From positions 1,960,167-2,024,166 of the forward strand of contig MU058451.1 of assembly GCA_013265495.1 (NCBI GenBank): DNA of 64,000 nucleotides, in the 5' to 3' direction. The translations under genes were made by a program, and so were the position numbers. Below the pieces are notes generated by a model. That model did not search any database and was not told the origin of the DNA. It saw nothing but the letters and a program-made list of their open reading frames with translations. Source of the stretch: Vicugna vicugna. Its lineage: Eukaryota. Below, piece by piece: positions 13,156 through 27,430 of the stretch (positions are counted from its first letter, which is position 1; each line of letters begins with the position of its first letter).

Positions 13156-13789
13156 CATAATATTTTTGACATTTCATAATGTTCATAAATTAAAATTTGT
13201 AGATGACAACAAAATGTTTGAACTATCAAATGATCTGTTTCATGTCATAGTTTTACAAAACACCTGGTATGGTGCCTGGCATGTTCGTGGGCAACTCAGT
13301 GTTTCTTGAATGAAAACTGTTTAAATGGAGTCTTTATATCTAAGAAGACTCATTGTAACCTGGTCCCCATACTAACCTTGTGATCCAGAATCCATATACT
13401 TTGTGAAGTGGAAAAAAGTTTGGGAGGATGTTTGCAGTTAGAAAATATTAACCACAACGCACTCTTACTGTCTTTGGGAGAAATTTTTTAATACAATTGA
13501 GGATTAGATCACTTAATGGGAAGATAAACAAGGATCCTGCCTACTTGGCATACGTCCCCACCCCACCCTCAAGCCAACTCTTCACCTTGGTCATGCCGAC
13601 TTATCCTCCAGACCCAGAGTCCTGTCCTAAGGAATCCTTCTGGACCCTAAATCTGCATCAGATCTCCTTTTATACACTCATAGCCCCAGGTACGATGGCC
13701 TCAAAGTACTAACCTCGGTGAGGATCCTACTCAGAACCTCACAAATGTGAGGCTTCTTTAATTGCTCACACATCTATAATTTTATATCT

Positions 13790-13935
13790 GTTTAGTTCAT
13801 TACTTGATTAATGCCTATTTTCCACAGTCGACTATAAGGTCCTTGAGGACAGGATCATGAAAAAAGATTGCTTGCTGTTCTAGCATGGTGCCTGGCCCAA
13901 ACTGAGTGCTCAATAAATATTTGTTGAGCAAACAT
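13790..13935 (+). mobile_element. L2 3' end
   Basis: gactataaggtccttgaggacagg...tagcatggtgcctggc...gtgctcaataaatatttgttga. Confidence 0.7.
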
Positions 13936-15244
13936 TGTATGAAGTGGTTTTGCATCCAAGACCTGCATGGCTCGTTAGTCATTTTAAGCCATCAGAAAAG
14001 CAGCCTTTAAATCTAGTCAATTATGATCCAGTATTTTCATCTAAATGCTCTTCTCTGCATGATGTTGTTGGGATGACACTGTTCCATGTTGAGATGAGGT
14101 CCACACATCAAAAAATCTTCTCTTTTCCAAGACAAACACTTTAACCAATATCCCTAACCAATTTCTCCTCTAATATATGAAAATTAGTTGTCCTTCATCC
14201 TCTCAATCTTATTTTTACCCAAAGGTATATGTGACCTTTACAAATTATAATTAAATTAACATTAAAATGAACAGAAAAAGAGAAAATTGACCTTGGAGTA
14301 GTTACAGCTCCTCTCCCGGGCAAAATCCCATTACTCTGGAGAATGGAAAGGAAAATTGGTAGATTAGCTCTGGGACATTGGTCTCAGAGATAAAGTAAGA
14401 CTCCTTTCCATTTTATTAGAGAAATACTTTTTTCAAAATTAATTCATAGTGCTATTATTGACCCTAAATATGTCTTCTATCACTTCCCTGAAATGGGTAA
14501 TTCATATACAAGAATGCCTCTTCCTAAGGAATCTGGAAAGATCCGAAATGCTCCAGATTCTCCAAGATACTTGGTGCTTACCAGTGGCTGACATCAGACC
14601 TTCCACCTTAAAATTTACAAACAGATGCCATTCTTAAATTGTAATCTTTTTTCTTTTCAAAGAAATAAAGGAATACCAGTATAGGAAGGTGTTTTTTCAG
14701 TTATCTATCACCACAATAATGCTGCATAATGAATAATCACAGTACATTGATGGCCTATTATAAGAAACTTTTTTTTTTTGCACACACACACACATACACA
14801 CAAAGCAAGCAGTAAAGAAGTAATTGTCTGATGCCTTTTCCAGGGGTATAAGCCTTTGTTTCTTAATATTTTTCTTTGTATTTCTTTATTGTCAGTCTTA
14901 TCTTAGTATCCATTACTCTAATGGCAATTACCTCACTCTTTTAGTTATTGTCAGTGGAACCAGAACACTAAAATCCCATTGGCTAAATATCTCTCTCATC
15001 TTAACTCCTACTTGGATGATTTTTACCTGTAGAGTCAAGCTGCCCCCTAGCCTAGAGTCCAGGGAGATGTGAGGTGGATACATCACCTGAGATGCCATGG
15101 GGGAGGAAGAATATCTTGGGAAGCTGCCAGTCAGAAATCAGAAAACATTATCCAAACACTGAAGAAATTTAGCAGAGAGGATTCAGCACCAAGGAGACTG
15201 AGGTGAGAAAACAGGTGAGATAGAGAAAGCTGAAGGTTTAGCAA

Positions 15245-15372
15245 CAGGATGCCCATATAATTTCTCATCCATTGTATTCTGAGAATGGTAGGAGTAGGAG
15301 GCTCTATAAATAATTATATCACAACAAGAGTCAAAACCTGGACAGTCCCTGACCAGGAAACGTGGTCGCCAT
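15245..15372. mobile_element. MER81-like hAT-Blackjack DNA transposon remnant
   Basis: aggatgcccatataattt...ctataaataattat...acaacaagagtcaaaacctggacagtccc...cgtggtcgcc resembles the MER81 consensus as I recall it. Confidence 0.55.
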
Positions 15373-16179
15373 CAGAGGGAGAGGAATCCAAAGCAACCCT
15401 AAAGATTCCACTGTGGTAGACTCTGTCCTTTGTCCATATGTCCATTGCTGAGCAACTCCTCTCGGATGGACATGTCACTTCCTTCTTTTGTTTAAGCAAA
15501 GAAATACCTTCAATCAGGTCAAGTCTTATCTTAGTATCACCCAGTGTCTTTAAGGTGACACACCTGGGTATCCCTGATGGGACCAGTTGTGTGTTAATTT
15601 TATAGTATAACTATTAGAGGGGAACAGACATGTCCTTTATTCCCAAGTTTTTGAAGAATATTCTCCAATACAATCACTCCCAAATTTTTTCTGCATTTAT
15701 TAGAAGGATATACATTTTTTCTTAAAAAAGGATACTATTTTTCAAAGTTTTGAAACCTCACATTAAGCAACTTTGGTGCTTGGAAGAGGGAAAGCATGGG
15801 TTGCCCCCTTAAACATCCCAATCTAAAGCCCACATTTCTCTGGGTGGACATTCTTAAGTATTTAAAATATGATGGAATCTGTCAGAAAGGCAAGATATCA
15901 GCTGTGTAACTTGCGATACATAAATTATGACCCAGTTGGTTGTATAACTGTCATAATTGTCAAGCTAGAGCGTAAAAGCAAAGAGAAATGATGAGCATCA
16001 TCATCTCAGGAAAAGAAACCTGTCCAAACTGTATTTATGTCACCTATTATCCTGTCTTCTCAACCATTTCTTTTTCAACTGATGTCTTACTTAAAGAAAG
16101 AAGCTTCAGTTATCTGGAACAAGTATAGAAAATGCCAGAGAAGGAAACAATTTCCATCTGTTTTCTTTTCTGTGTTTAG

Positions 16180-17700
16180 TTTAGTTGTTTTTTATTTTTT
16201 TAACCTTCCTGATTATAAGTCAGAATTTAAATTGGCTTCCTCTATTCCAAGGTTATAAAGGTATTTTGTCCTTTTCTTCTAGACCTTTTATGGTTTCATT
16301 TATTTTTGACACAAATCTTTGGCCTATCTGGAATTTATCCTATAATGACAAGTGGATCCAGCTCTCCTTTTCCATATGGCTAATGCCTTATCCCAGAGAT
16401 GCTACATTTATCATATATAAAGACCTGTAAGAGATGGGGTCTTTTTTTTTTTCCGATCTTCTTCATCTGGTCTATCTATCTAGTCGTGTGCTTGCACCAC
16501 ATTGATTTAATTATGAAGGCTTTACAGTGTGTTTTAACATCTGGTAGGGCTAGTCCCATTTTATCTCTCTTCTTTCTCAGAATTTTCCTGCTCTCTTTGT
16601 TTATTTATTTTTCCCTATAGACTTTAGAATCAGCTAGTTTAGTTTCTTTGAGCTCATTGATATTTTTATTAGGATTATGTTAACTTCATAAATTCCATTA
16701 GGGAGAATGACAGCTCTCTATCGCCACATTTTCTGCTCCCAAGAGTATGAGATGTTTTTGTCTATTAGGCCTTATTTTGTGTTGTTCAGGAATATCTTAA
16801 CGTTTTCATATAACTTTCCACATTGCTCATTAAGTTTTATCCTTGGGAGTACTATTCTAAGTGGGGTCTTTTATTATATCTTCTAACTTGTATTTAGATA
16901 TAAAGACTGTTGATTTCTATTAATTAGTGTTAAAGCTTACTGAATTTTCTCATTGTTTGTATGCTTTTTCTGTGGATTCTCTTAGCTTTTCAAGGTAAAA
17001 ATTCTTATCTAAATATAGGAATAGATTTTTCTCCTCCTTTCCAGTTTTTTTACTTCCAATGTCTTTTTCTTGTCTAATTTTGTTAAATAATAGTAGTAAC
17101 AGGGAGTTACTGTTAAGTAACTGATAAGGAGTATCCTTATTTCATTCTGTAACATTAGCAGGACTGCTGTTTATGTTTCTCCATTGAATTTGATGCCAGT
17201 TTTTGGCAGAGATGGATGATGGGTAGCTGGACGGATAAAGATATAGAGACACATTTATTATGTCAAGGAAGTAGCTATTAATTCTTTCTTTAGTTAAGGT
17301 TTTTAATTAAAAAAAGGTTCCTGGACTTAAACAAGTACCTTTCGGGCCTATAGAGATGATCATATTTTCCTTAAGTCTATAAATATGATAAATTATATTA
17401 ATAAATTCCCTAATACCAATCTTTGTATTTTTAGAATAACCTCTACTTGGTCATGAAGTTTAATTATTTGAGTGTGTTGCCAGATTCTGATTGCTACTAC
17501 GTGACAGAGGATTTTTGCATTTATATGCTTAAGTTTTATTGAGCTTCAGTTTTCCTTTCTGTACAGTACTTGTCAGATTTTGGTATCCATGTTGTGCAGA
17601 CATCATATAAAGAATTTGGAAGGGTTCTTTATTTTTCTATGTCTTGGAGAAGTAGAAGAGGCATGGGAATGAGATGATCTTTAATGATATGGTAAAATTC
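16180..17700 (-). mobile_element. Ancient L1M (L1ME-like) ORF2 remnant
   Basis: Long T-rich tract with antisense L1 ORF2 motifs (actttagaatcagct, tttctccattgaatttgatg, ctctacttggtcatga, ggtaaaattccc); no intact ORF. Confidence 0.75.
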
Positions 17701-18309
17701 CCAGCTGGCTTGACTGATCGCCTGCTTGTCATCAAGCACTGTGTTTGGTCCCTGGAGGTAAGAGGTGAATGAAAGATGGTCCCAGCCTTCAAGGAACTCG
17801 TGATTTAATAGATGTTATAAACATATCAATAACATATTACAAAATTGTATTACAAGTTTCTATAATGAAAGCATAGAGAATGGTTTCTTCAAGGAAACAA
17901 TGAACTGTGCTCAGTCAGTGATGACATGACTCATGTGAAACACAAGGAGAAACCTAACCAGTGTGATTCTAGAAGCCCTAACCCCCTAAACCTGCTTTCA
18001 GCTGCTGAAGTGGCTCTAAAAGGTGACTAAAACTTTTTATTTCATATTATTTCACATTGTACATCTTAAAATGCAGCTGCCCTGGGACAGGTGGGACACC
18101 CTTTTAGTTTACACTCAGAGGGGAATGACTGATGGACATGTGTTGCTCATGGTAATTGTCAATTTACTCATTCGTCTGAGTTTCTACCCATGATGCAGTC
18201 AGTGAGTGGATTAGCTTGTTTCTTCACCGTTGTCTTTCTGCCTCTCTCAGGCTCATTCTCTTACTCTCACCCTTACTCTCTCTCTTTCCCATTCTTTCAC
18301 TCTCCTTGT

Positions 18310-18890
18310 CAATTTAATTGGAGAATTATACAGAAAAGTACACACACAGAAAAAAAGTAGAAAACTTGATTAATTTTCACAAATTAAACACACTGCTGTA
18401 GCCCACAACCGCCCTCCAGTGAGTGCTCTCCTGACTGCCTGTTTTTGAACCTGATGTAAATAAAATCATATAGCGTGTGTTTTTTGCGGTTCTGGTTTCT
18501 CTGGTTCAGTATTGTTTGTGAAATTCAGCCATGCTGATGCATGTTAACTCCGTTCTCGCTGCAGTGCAGTATTGCATTGTATGAATACACCACAGTGTAC
18601 TTGTCTGTTCTTATAAGGATAGTTCTCAGTTTGGACTATGATGAAGTGTCATACTGCTGTAGGCATTCTTGTTCATGATGTTGCATTATCCTCCTGTTGG
18701 GTATGTACCTAGGAGTGGAATTACTAGATGGTAGGATAGGCATGTGGTCACCTTTTACAGGCACTGCCAAACGGTTTTCCAAAGTGGTTCTGCTCATTTT
18801 CTCTCCCTCCAGCAGTGTACAGAGTTCTATTCCTTCTACAGCTTCAGCAATACTTTCTAATTCCTGTCTTTATTGTTTTAGCCTTTCTGT
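18310..18890 (-). mobile_element. Old L1M 3' region
   Basis: attgtatgaatacaccacagt...gggtatgtacctaggagtggaattactag...ttttccaaagtggtt...ctccctccagcagtgtac. Confidence 0.8.
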
Positions 18891-20112
18891 GCAAGCTACA
18901 CATGAAAGTTAGTTTCAGTACTTATTAAACGTTTGCCTAATTTTGATTAAAGAACTCATTTTTTAAGATTAATAAACAAAAGGAACAGAAAGTTTTTAAG
19001 TAACCAAAGATTTCATTCATTCGGAGGATAACATCATCCCACTGAGACCAGTTTTCATTTAAATCAACACTGAGCAAATTCCTATCATTAGGACGATGCA
19101 CTTTTTAGGTTTAATTGTAATGTTGCTACTTTAGCCTATACGCTATAGTTCTAATACATGACGTCTCCAAATATGTGGAATAATAATTGTTTCACATAAA
19201 TAATGCAAGATAATGAGCCAAAGAATAGTTTGTGAATTACAGAGAAAACAGTGGGTTGAACTGTAGTAATTATTGAAAATTAAAGAAGTCAATCAGAAGA
19301 TCAATAATAGAGAAAGAGGAATTAAGCAGAGCAGAGAAAGGGGACATAGCTTCTATTGAGGTTGGAGAATTCCTTGTCAACTGGTAGGTTAAAGGTCATG
19401 AAGAGGGAGTTGCAAAAAATGCGCACTTTGAATTGTAGGAAGTCTGCTCCACCATGATTCTGGGCTCTTTTACAAAATCTCCCCAGGGAAGAGTGACAGT
19501 CAACTCTAGCCATTAAAGCAAATGCTGAATGCATCCTCTTTTTATACTTGGAAAGGAAAAAAATGGAAATGAAAGAGACAGAAGCAGAGGAGTTAGAATG
19601 TTCTGAAATGGTTTCTAATGGATATTTTAATTTTTTAGTGCAAACTAGCCCCAGAATGTATTCAGACTTACGGACTAAAAAGATAGGAATATCCCGTTTT
19701 ATCTTGTCCTATTAATTCTTAAAGATAAAGCATTAGATATAATGTAACAACATGTACTTTCTCCTTTAGTAGCGCTTATCGGTGTTCTGCTTGCTTGTCT
19801 TTATCCCTCGTAGACTGTGCATCAGAGAAAGCAGGGACCTTTGACCGTTGTCTCCCATTGCTTAGCACCTGAGCCGCTCAGTAAATACTGGTTGAACACA
19901 TGACTGCATGAACAAACAAATAAGGACAGAGTCTAGGTTAACACTTTTCCTTTGTCTTTTATTGACTAATCTCCAAATCTTATCTTTCATACCTGGTATA
20001 AAAGGGGGAGGTGTGAAGATCTGGTCCCATCATCCTAAATTTCTTGTGCAAAAAGGAAAATTTTGCATGAAGGATTCCACGGGACAGGAGAGAGAATGAG
20101 AAGGCCAAGTCT

Positions 20113-20220
20113 ATATGAAAATGAATATATGTATGTATGTATGTGCATGACTGGGATGTTGTGCTGTACACCAGAAATTGACACACTGTAATTGACTGTA
20201 CTTCAATTAAAATAAATAAA
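20113..20220 (+). mobile_element. Short 5'-truncated L1 tail with TSD
   Basis: gtgctgtacaccagaaattgacac...actgtacttcaattaaaataaataaa; TSD agaaggccaagtct 20099-20112 / agaaggccaactct 20221-20234. Confidence 0.88.
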
Positions 20221-23200
20221 AGAAGGCCAACTCTGTCCTTGAGGAAGGTCAGGAGAGGGCAGGAAGGATTTCCTAAAACCCTGAGAGTAAACCCCCAAAT
20301 TAAAGCCTTAATATTTAAAGTTTGTGAGAATTAAACGAGATTATGGAGAAAACAACATAATATAAAAGGGAAAATATTTGAATACAGTTTACTTTGAATT
20401 AACTGTAAAAGACAATAATGAAAGAAAATAGAAAATAAGAAAAACAAAGTTATAATTTAGTGACTCAAAGCTATATCACTGTAAGGAGGACAAATTTTAG
20501 GATATTTTATAAAGAGGAAAAAACTTATCATCAGCAATGCTTGAGACCAAGGAGAGAAGCTGGAATAAGACGGATCCTTCTAAAATGAAAATAGATTTCC
20601 TTCAAGAGGGAAGATTGGACAGATTTCTGCAAAATGTGATGAATAGTAATGCTCATCACTGTGAGAAGTTAGTGAAGATAAGCTTCTTGGATTTAAGCTA
20701 GATCCCTGAACCCGGGTCCTTTGCAAATTGCACAGCTGCCAATGCATCAGCCGGGTTTTATTTTAACAACATTTACAATTTCCCTTTCAGTTGAAGCAAG
20801 GCTGAGGGACCATCTGAACAGATAATGAAATAACTGTGAAAGTTCAGAGCATGCTGAACAAAACAAAATATGTTTTGCCTGATTTATGCAAACTAAACAT
20901 ATTGTCAAGGTTTTGAAGCAGTTAGTCCAAAATATGCACAAAATACAGCGTTTTCTCAAGTAGCCTGGCAGCAGATGAATTAAATGGAAATGTGCCCCTG
21001 AAACAGCTTAATCAGATTGTATAGATGTGCTGAACATTCTGATAGTTTTGTGATAATGCATTCATGAATAATGTCTTTTCCTTAATGAAGACCCTACCAA
21101 GTTCACCCTAAAACCACAACTCTTGCCCCTTATTAATGGAGTTCTCCCATTACAGATTCTAAGAGCATCTTTATTTTTGGAACCTCTGCTAAAGAGGAAG
21201 TGAAATTAAAGTCGATGCTTGCTCCTTTCCCTAGGGAAAACAAACCAGATCGACGCGGGGGCCTCTGTCACTGTTGCTGTCACACAGAGAAGGTCCAGGA
21301 CTTTGTATGTCTGAGGAGGGCTTTTCTATCCCCAGCCATGGCTGCAGTGAAGAGGTCGACGGATTCTGCAAATACCCAAAGTTAGAGAATTCTGAAACTC
21401 AACTGTCGTAACTCCTAGTGTGTTCGATCCTGAAGGAGGACACATCCAGTAGAAAAATAATCTTCTGAGGAGAAAGAAAAACACTGTCCCTGATGAAGAC
21501 TTCAAAGGATTTTGAATGAATGAAAGAGTGTCCACTTATGACGGAAACTCTCAGTGGTTTTATATTTCTGGAGGAGCAAATTGTGATTCACAGGGCAAAA
21601 TCTTGGTGAGGGCTGTGGCAAGTGGTGCTTGAAATAGCCTTGTCCTCTTCTCCTCGCCCAGAGCTCCTCCTCACCAAGCAGGTTCACTCAGGGCCTAGCC
21701 TGCAGAAAGTACAGAACAGGCAATGGCTTCTACAACTGATATCTTAAAAAGACATGGTGGAACATCCCAAATATGCATTGATTTTTCTATAATATCTTTG
21801 GAGGAAGCAGAGTAATCAAACTCTTGACTCAGTGGTATCTCAGATTTTGGTGGGAGGAGTTTCTGCTCTTGTGAAAACCCAAAGGTCATCATTTTTTGAC
21901 ATCCTTGATGGTGACTGATAAGATGTCTACATCCTTTACTTTTCACCTTCCCTCATTGGACTCTGCCGTAGTCAGTCTCCATCTACTGCATTAACATTTC
22001 CTACAGCAACTTTCCCAACAAAAACCCAAGGAATTATTTCTCTTGGACCTAATGGGTGACTTACCAAACCTTCTCCCCCCTTGCCAGCCTTCCTGCTGGA
22101 TTTATTATTAGCAACAACACCAGTCAATTTTACTGAGAGTTCCTCACTGACTGAGAAGTGAAGACATTAGGATGCCTTACAATTCTCTCCTTACAGAAAT
22201 CTGTCCATTTTCTCATTGCAGTGCTGCTGGACATTTTTTTTTTGGCACATTCTCGATTACATTTTTAAATCTAATTTAGTAAGAAAAAAATCATACATTG
22301 TATTAAATTTTGTGCCAATAAAATGTTTCGTAAACATCTTCATGGATGTCTCCTCTGTCATCAGACAGGAAATTTGAGTTGGGGGAGTTGGGGAGGAAGG
22401 ACTAACAATATTGTTACTTCACAAATGAAGAAATGTGTGGGAGGAGGGATTTGATACACAGCATTACCCAATAGAGTTAATGACCCATAATTTAATGCCA
22501 GGTTCATACGCTTTAAATTTCATTCTTAAAATGTGCTGCCATTCTAACTCAAAGTGGGAAAAATTCTTGCAACCACTTTATTTGTAGGCAAAGGAAATGT
22601 ATTATTCTCTAACAAAAAAGAAAAAAAAATTTAATATCCTGGCCTACCACCCTAGTATGGAATGAAAATATTATATAATTTCTCTAGTGATATCAAGACT
22701 TTTTTTCTGACAGTCAAATAACTTGCTAAATTTAAATCTATTGCTCTTAATAAGATGCATCAAGATGCTTACCAAGTCCGATTCTCTTTGTACCTTAGGA
22801 GAGATTTTGGTTTGGAATAATTATACAATGGGCAGGAAATAAAACCAATGTGATCCTAGTTCTACTCCTGACTTGCTCTGTGACTTTGAAAATGTCACTG
22901 TAACGTCCTGGGGCTCACCTGGGAAATGCACAGTCATACCTCCTTCACAGATCGCTATTTTAAGGACAAAGTAATATGAACTAACGTAGTGCCTGGCCAG
23001 GTGGGTGGGAAAATCTTTTAGGTAATAATAAAGTAAGTTGTTAAATTAATTGATATTGAGTAAATATATCTTATGATGATTTTTTTTTAAAGCTTTACTT
23101 TCTGAGTCTTAGGCTAATCTTCAGGCTGTCCATTTCCCTTCAGTAATCTCGTAAGAAATTCTTCCTCTTCTTTCCCTATGGTGTACCAAGAGGCACTGTG

Positions 23201-23399
23201 TTCGTTCAGTGACTTCTCTCTCTCTCCTCACATTTAATTAATTACTAAACCTTCCCCGTCCTTTTATTCACGGCTCCTCTCCTTTCTATCTTCTCTTCCA
23301 GTGTAGACCCTCCCAACCTCTCACCTAAATGACTGCAGGTTCGAATCCAGACTCCACTACTTACTTCTTCTGTGTCTCATATTCACCAGTGGTTGAATA

Positions 23400-23890
23400 G
23401 TGAGAGAGTAAGACCCAGGACAGAGAAAGTAAAACTCACCCTGGTAACAATCAGGCTGTGACACCAAATCAAGTCAGAGACTAAGTGAACACAAAGCAAT
23501 GATTCTTCCAAGGTCAGCCACCAAATGTCTTACCCCTTTCTTTTTGAATAATTGCTGCTTTCTTATCAGTGGCTTCACCAGCCCCACTCTGTTCCTGGAA
23601 GAAGGTTACTGAGAGAGCCAATTGCTAAAACACCCTCACTCCTTAGCAGCAGCCAACTCAGAGCTAATCCCATCTCAAGGAATCAAGATCCAGAGATGAT
23701 CCCCATTCGCGTTGGGGCCTCCTTAGAATTATTCAGCCAAGCTCAAATCCTACAAAAAGCCCCTCCCGACTCCCTCTTCTCAAGACTGTCCACAATTTCC
23801 CATGATGTGAATTCTCCCTTGTTGCAACAAGTTGAATAACTCTACCTTATGGGACCAGAGGCATTTTCCTGATTGTCTTTATTGGATTGG
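23400..23890 (+). mobile_element. ERVL-class solo LTR (MER54/MER74-like) inserted in a MIR
   Basis: ccaagctcaaatcctac...cccatgatgtgaattctcccttgttgcaacaag...aataa resembles the MER54/74 3' end; MIR halves at ~23330-23400 and ~23895-24010. Confidence 0.6.
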
Positions 23891-24018
23891 ATTTAATAAG
23901 GAGTAATATCATCCCCTTAAGGATGCTAAGAGAATTAAGTGAGATACTGTATCTAAAGCGCTTCACAGTGATAGGTGTTACATAGTAGGCACTTAGTAAA
24001 TGTCAGACTCTTTTCTAA

Positions 24019-24049
<31 letters not shown>
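24019..24049. repeat. (ATC)n microsatellite
   Basis: Directly visible; explains the poly-Ile ORF 23975..24184. Confidence 0.95.
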
Positions 24050-25789
24050 TTTATCATTGTAACGCCCTCCTTACTGATGTCTGCCACCAACCTCTTCCCT
24101 CCCAGGCCACCCTGCATGGGGTTTCAAATTATTCTCATCTATTTATACCCTTATGTGAATTTCTCAGTGGCCCTCCACTGCTGACAAAGGAAGTCCAGAT
24201 TCAGTCTGATATCCAACCCCTGCTATATTGACAACAATGGCCTTTGTCTTTATATTGTTCTACAAAAAGCCTTCACTCCAGTTTTTTTCCTGGTTCTCAA
24301 ATAGCTTACATGTGCCTGTACACTTCTACTTAAGACAGATTCCCATCTTGTAATGGCCTCCTGACTTCCTTTCCAACTCTCCAAATACTGCCCATCTTTT
24401 TTCAGCCCACTGCAAAGCCTTCCCCGTCCAGGAAGTACTCTCATTAAGCTCTCATCCCCTCTGAGCCACACAGGGCCTTGATGCTTATTCCATTAATTAA
24501 AATTATGACTATAATGGAATATCATGATTCCATTAAAATCATATATTTATTTGCATGGTTACTTTTCTCACAAATAACATTTTTATCTGGCTTGTAAGCC
24601 CACAGCAAATACTGGATCATTTATCTCTTTTTATTACAAATACTTTTGTCATAAATAAATGATATATTTTGAATTAACAGCTTCACAAATCAATCTTTTC
24701 ATTTCCCTGAACAATATATTTCTTCCGTGAACTCTTTTCCAGTTAATTTGCACAATGAATTTGTCTAAATATGTGAGACTCCCAGGGTGGATTTCTCAAA
24801 TATGTTCAAGGTGAGATTTTTCAATTCCAGACTTTCAAATAAATGCATAACTTGCACGCAGTTACTTACATCTCCTTTATCTATCTCTCTGTTGCAAAAT
24901 TGTATCTTGAAATGTTTGTCTGTATCTGACCTATGACTTTTTTTGCTCTGTGGTCTTGTCAACTTTTCAGTTCTCTTACTTTGTGAAATAGCATCATAGT
25001 GAATCTTGTGATTATTTCTACCTCGAATTGTCCCCCTAAATTAAATTAATATTATTTTCTTTACCTCTTGAAGTTTTCAAAACTATTCAGCTTACCCTCT
25101 CTAAATACATTATATTACCCTACTTTTGATTCCCTCTTTCAGATCAGTTTATAATAATCTTCCATTTCTCTTATTCTGACATTCAGACACAACCATCCTA
25201 TTTTCCTTAAATGTACTGGTTTTCCTAGTTTTTTCTCAACATTATCTCTTAACTTTGAGATACTCCTGCTACAAAGTCCAGAGCATGTTTCCAATCTTAT
25301 TCATCCTTTTCATACAAGCCAAATATGTTCTTTTCTAATATTCTTAAAAAGAACTATAATCTACTAAGGTTTTATTATGTTATTCCTTAGCATGTTCTAA
25401 TAACATTCTTTTCTTAGAGATTTAAATGCCCCTACCCACTGAATTAGGTTCGTATTTTCTTCCTCAAATTTCATTTCTCAAAACACAATATTCTCTAATA
25501 GACAAAACAAAGAAGTTAGTGATGTTGTCCTGTTATGACTTGTGTTTAACCATGAATATTCACTGAACCCTCCTATCCACATTCTCAATCCAGTGCCGAG
25601 AACTGTCATCCTGTCCCCTGTGGACTCATGATGGATGCTGTAAGGAGTGCTGAGTTTACCTGTGAAACCTCCTGATCGCATCTTAAAAAGTATTAAATAA
25701 ATAGGTTGTAGTTAATGTTAATATGGCTAATGATTTGTCCTATTATTACTCTGTTCGTGTTCCAACACATGACTAACGTAGACCTATGC

Positions 25790-25940
25790 AGCACTGGGTG
25801 GGAGTAGGGAGACAGCAAATTCTGGTGTAAAGACCTAAGTTCAAGTCCTGGCTCCAACTCCTGATAGCCACATGACCTTGGATGACACTTAGCTGCTCTG
25901 AACTTCAGTTTTTGCTATAAAGCAGAGCGACAGTAACTAC
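25790..25940 (+). mobile_element. MIR
   Basis: agacctaagttcaagtcctggctcc...tgaccttggatgacacttagctgctctgaacttcagttt. Confidence 0.7.
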
Positions 25941-26269
25941 ATGGTAACGGCTGTTTATGTTTCACACAGAAGTGAAATATCAGAATTTACTAAAGAATTT
26001 GAAGCTAATGATCTGTGTTTTCTGACATACTCATCCCAAGGAAGGTTCTACACTCTACTAAACTGATTACTCAGTTGAAACACACACACACCCTGAGCCC
26101 CACAGTGCATAGAACTGGAAAAACTAGACAATGATTAATTAAACATAGTCCCATTAAATTTACCTTCTGTAAGCAGTCACTGATATTTCTTTACAACAAA
26201 AGTAAAAGGCTGTTTCTTTGGAGCAAAAGTGAAAGGGAGAGAGAGAGAAAAGACACCACGCACGTCATC

Positions 26270-27430
26270 CTTTCCTCTTGCTTCTTTCTTGGTCCCTCCC
26301 CTCATCCAATCAATTACCAAGGTGGCTGAGGTGGTTTTCACCACCTAAACATGTCTCACATGCACCTCCTTTCCTCTGTCTTCATCCCCACTGCACCCAC
26401 CGTCTCCTAGGCTACTGCACCAGCCTGGCAGCCAGTCTTACTACACCATTTTTGTCCCCACTCCAACCTATTTGCTAATCTGACAATGTCCCCATCCTCT
26501 TTGGAACTCCCTGGTGACTTCCAGGTCATTGTAAAGGGCCTTTCTTCAGGGAATAGCTGTATGTGCCTGTGTCTGCTGCCCTTTCTCATTTAACAAGACT
26601 GGTAGTTTTGCCTTTATGGAACTTGTCATATTCTGTATTATTTGCTGGTTAACCGTGCATTTGCCTTATGTTGCCTTACAGTCCCTCACTTCTGGTAAGT
26701 TTAGGGAGGGCCAGTGTCACATACATGCCAAGTGTCTGGTATCTATGTGTTCAATGACATGACAATCTAGTTGCAAAGACAAGACACAGACGTGAAAGAG
26801 TAGAGAACAAGTTCAGGGCAATATTTACTGATTCTGTGCTGTATACAGTGTTGTGTGGGGCATTCTTATCTTACTTGGGAAGAAGCAAGCCCAGCCAGCA
26901 TCTCTGCTTCCCTTCCCTCCACCTCTACCACCCAAGTCCGAGCACCATCATTTATCATTCGGACAATTCAGTCTCTCTGATCACCCTGCCCCCTACCTTC
27001 TACTCGGTTCATCTTCAGTAACAGCCACAATGATCTTATAAGTGACTATAAATCAGATTACATCACTTCACTGTTTAAAACTCTTTAATGGTTTTCTATC
27101 AAACCTAGGACAAAATCCAAACTTAGTAGAAGATCCTCCAAAATCAGGCACCTTTTTCGTTCTCTGACCTCTAGCGCTTCTGTGTAGTGGAGATGGTCTT
27201 TGCCAGGATCTTCCCAAGTTCTAGATCCTTCACATCATTTTCACATCTCACTGTAAATGCCACCACCTCATTTTCTCGGCCACCTAAAGACTGTGGAATA
27301 TTTATTTATGCATGCATGATCTGTCTTCCACTGTGGCCCTCACCAGCTTGCTGGAAAATGTCCATCTGTTCCAGCACTGGTTTCCCAGGGCCTAGAACAG
27401 TGCCTGGGTCCTACAGAGCAGATGGGTGTG
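26270..27430 (+). mobile_element. Cluster of L2 fragments
   Basis: Pyrimidine-rich L2 motifs: ccaagtccgagcaccatcat, ataaatcagattacatcactt, cccagggcctagaacagtgcctgg. Confidence 0.6.
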
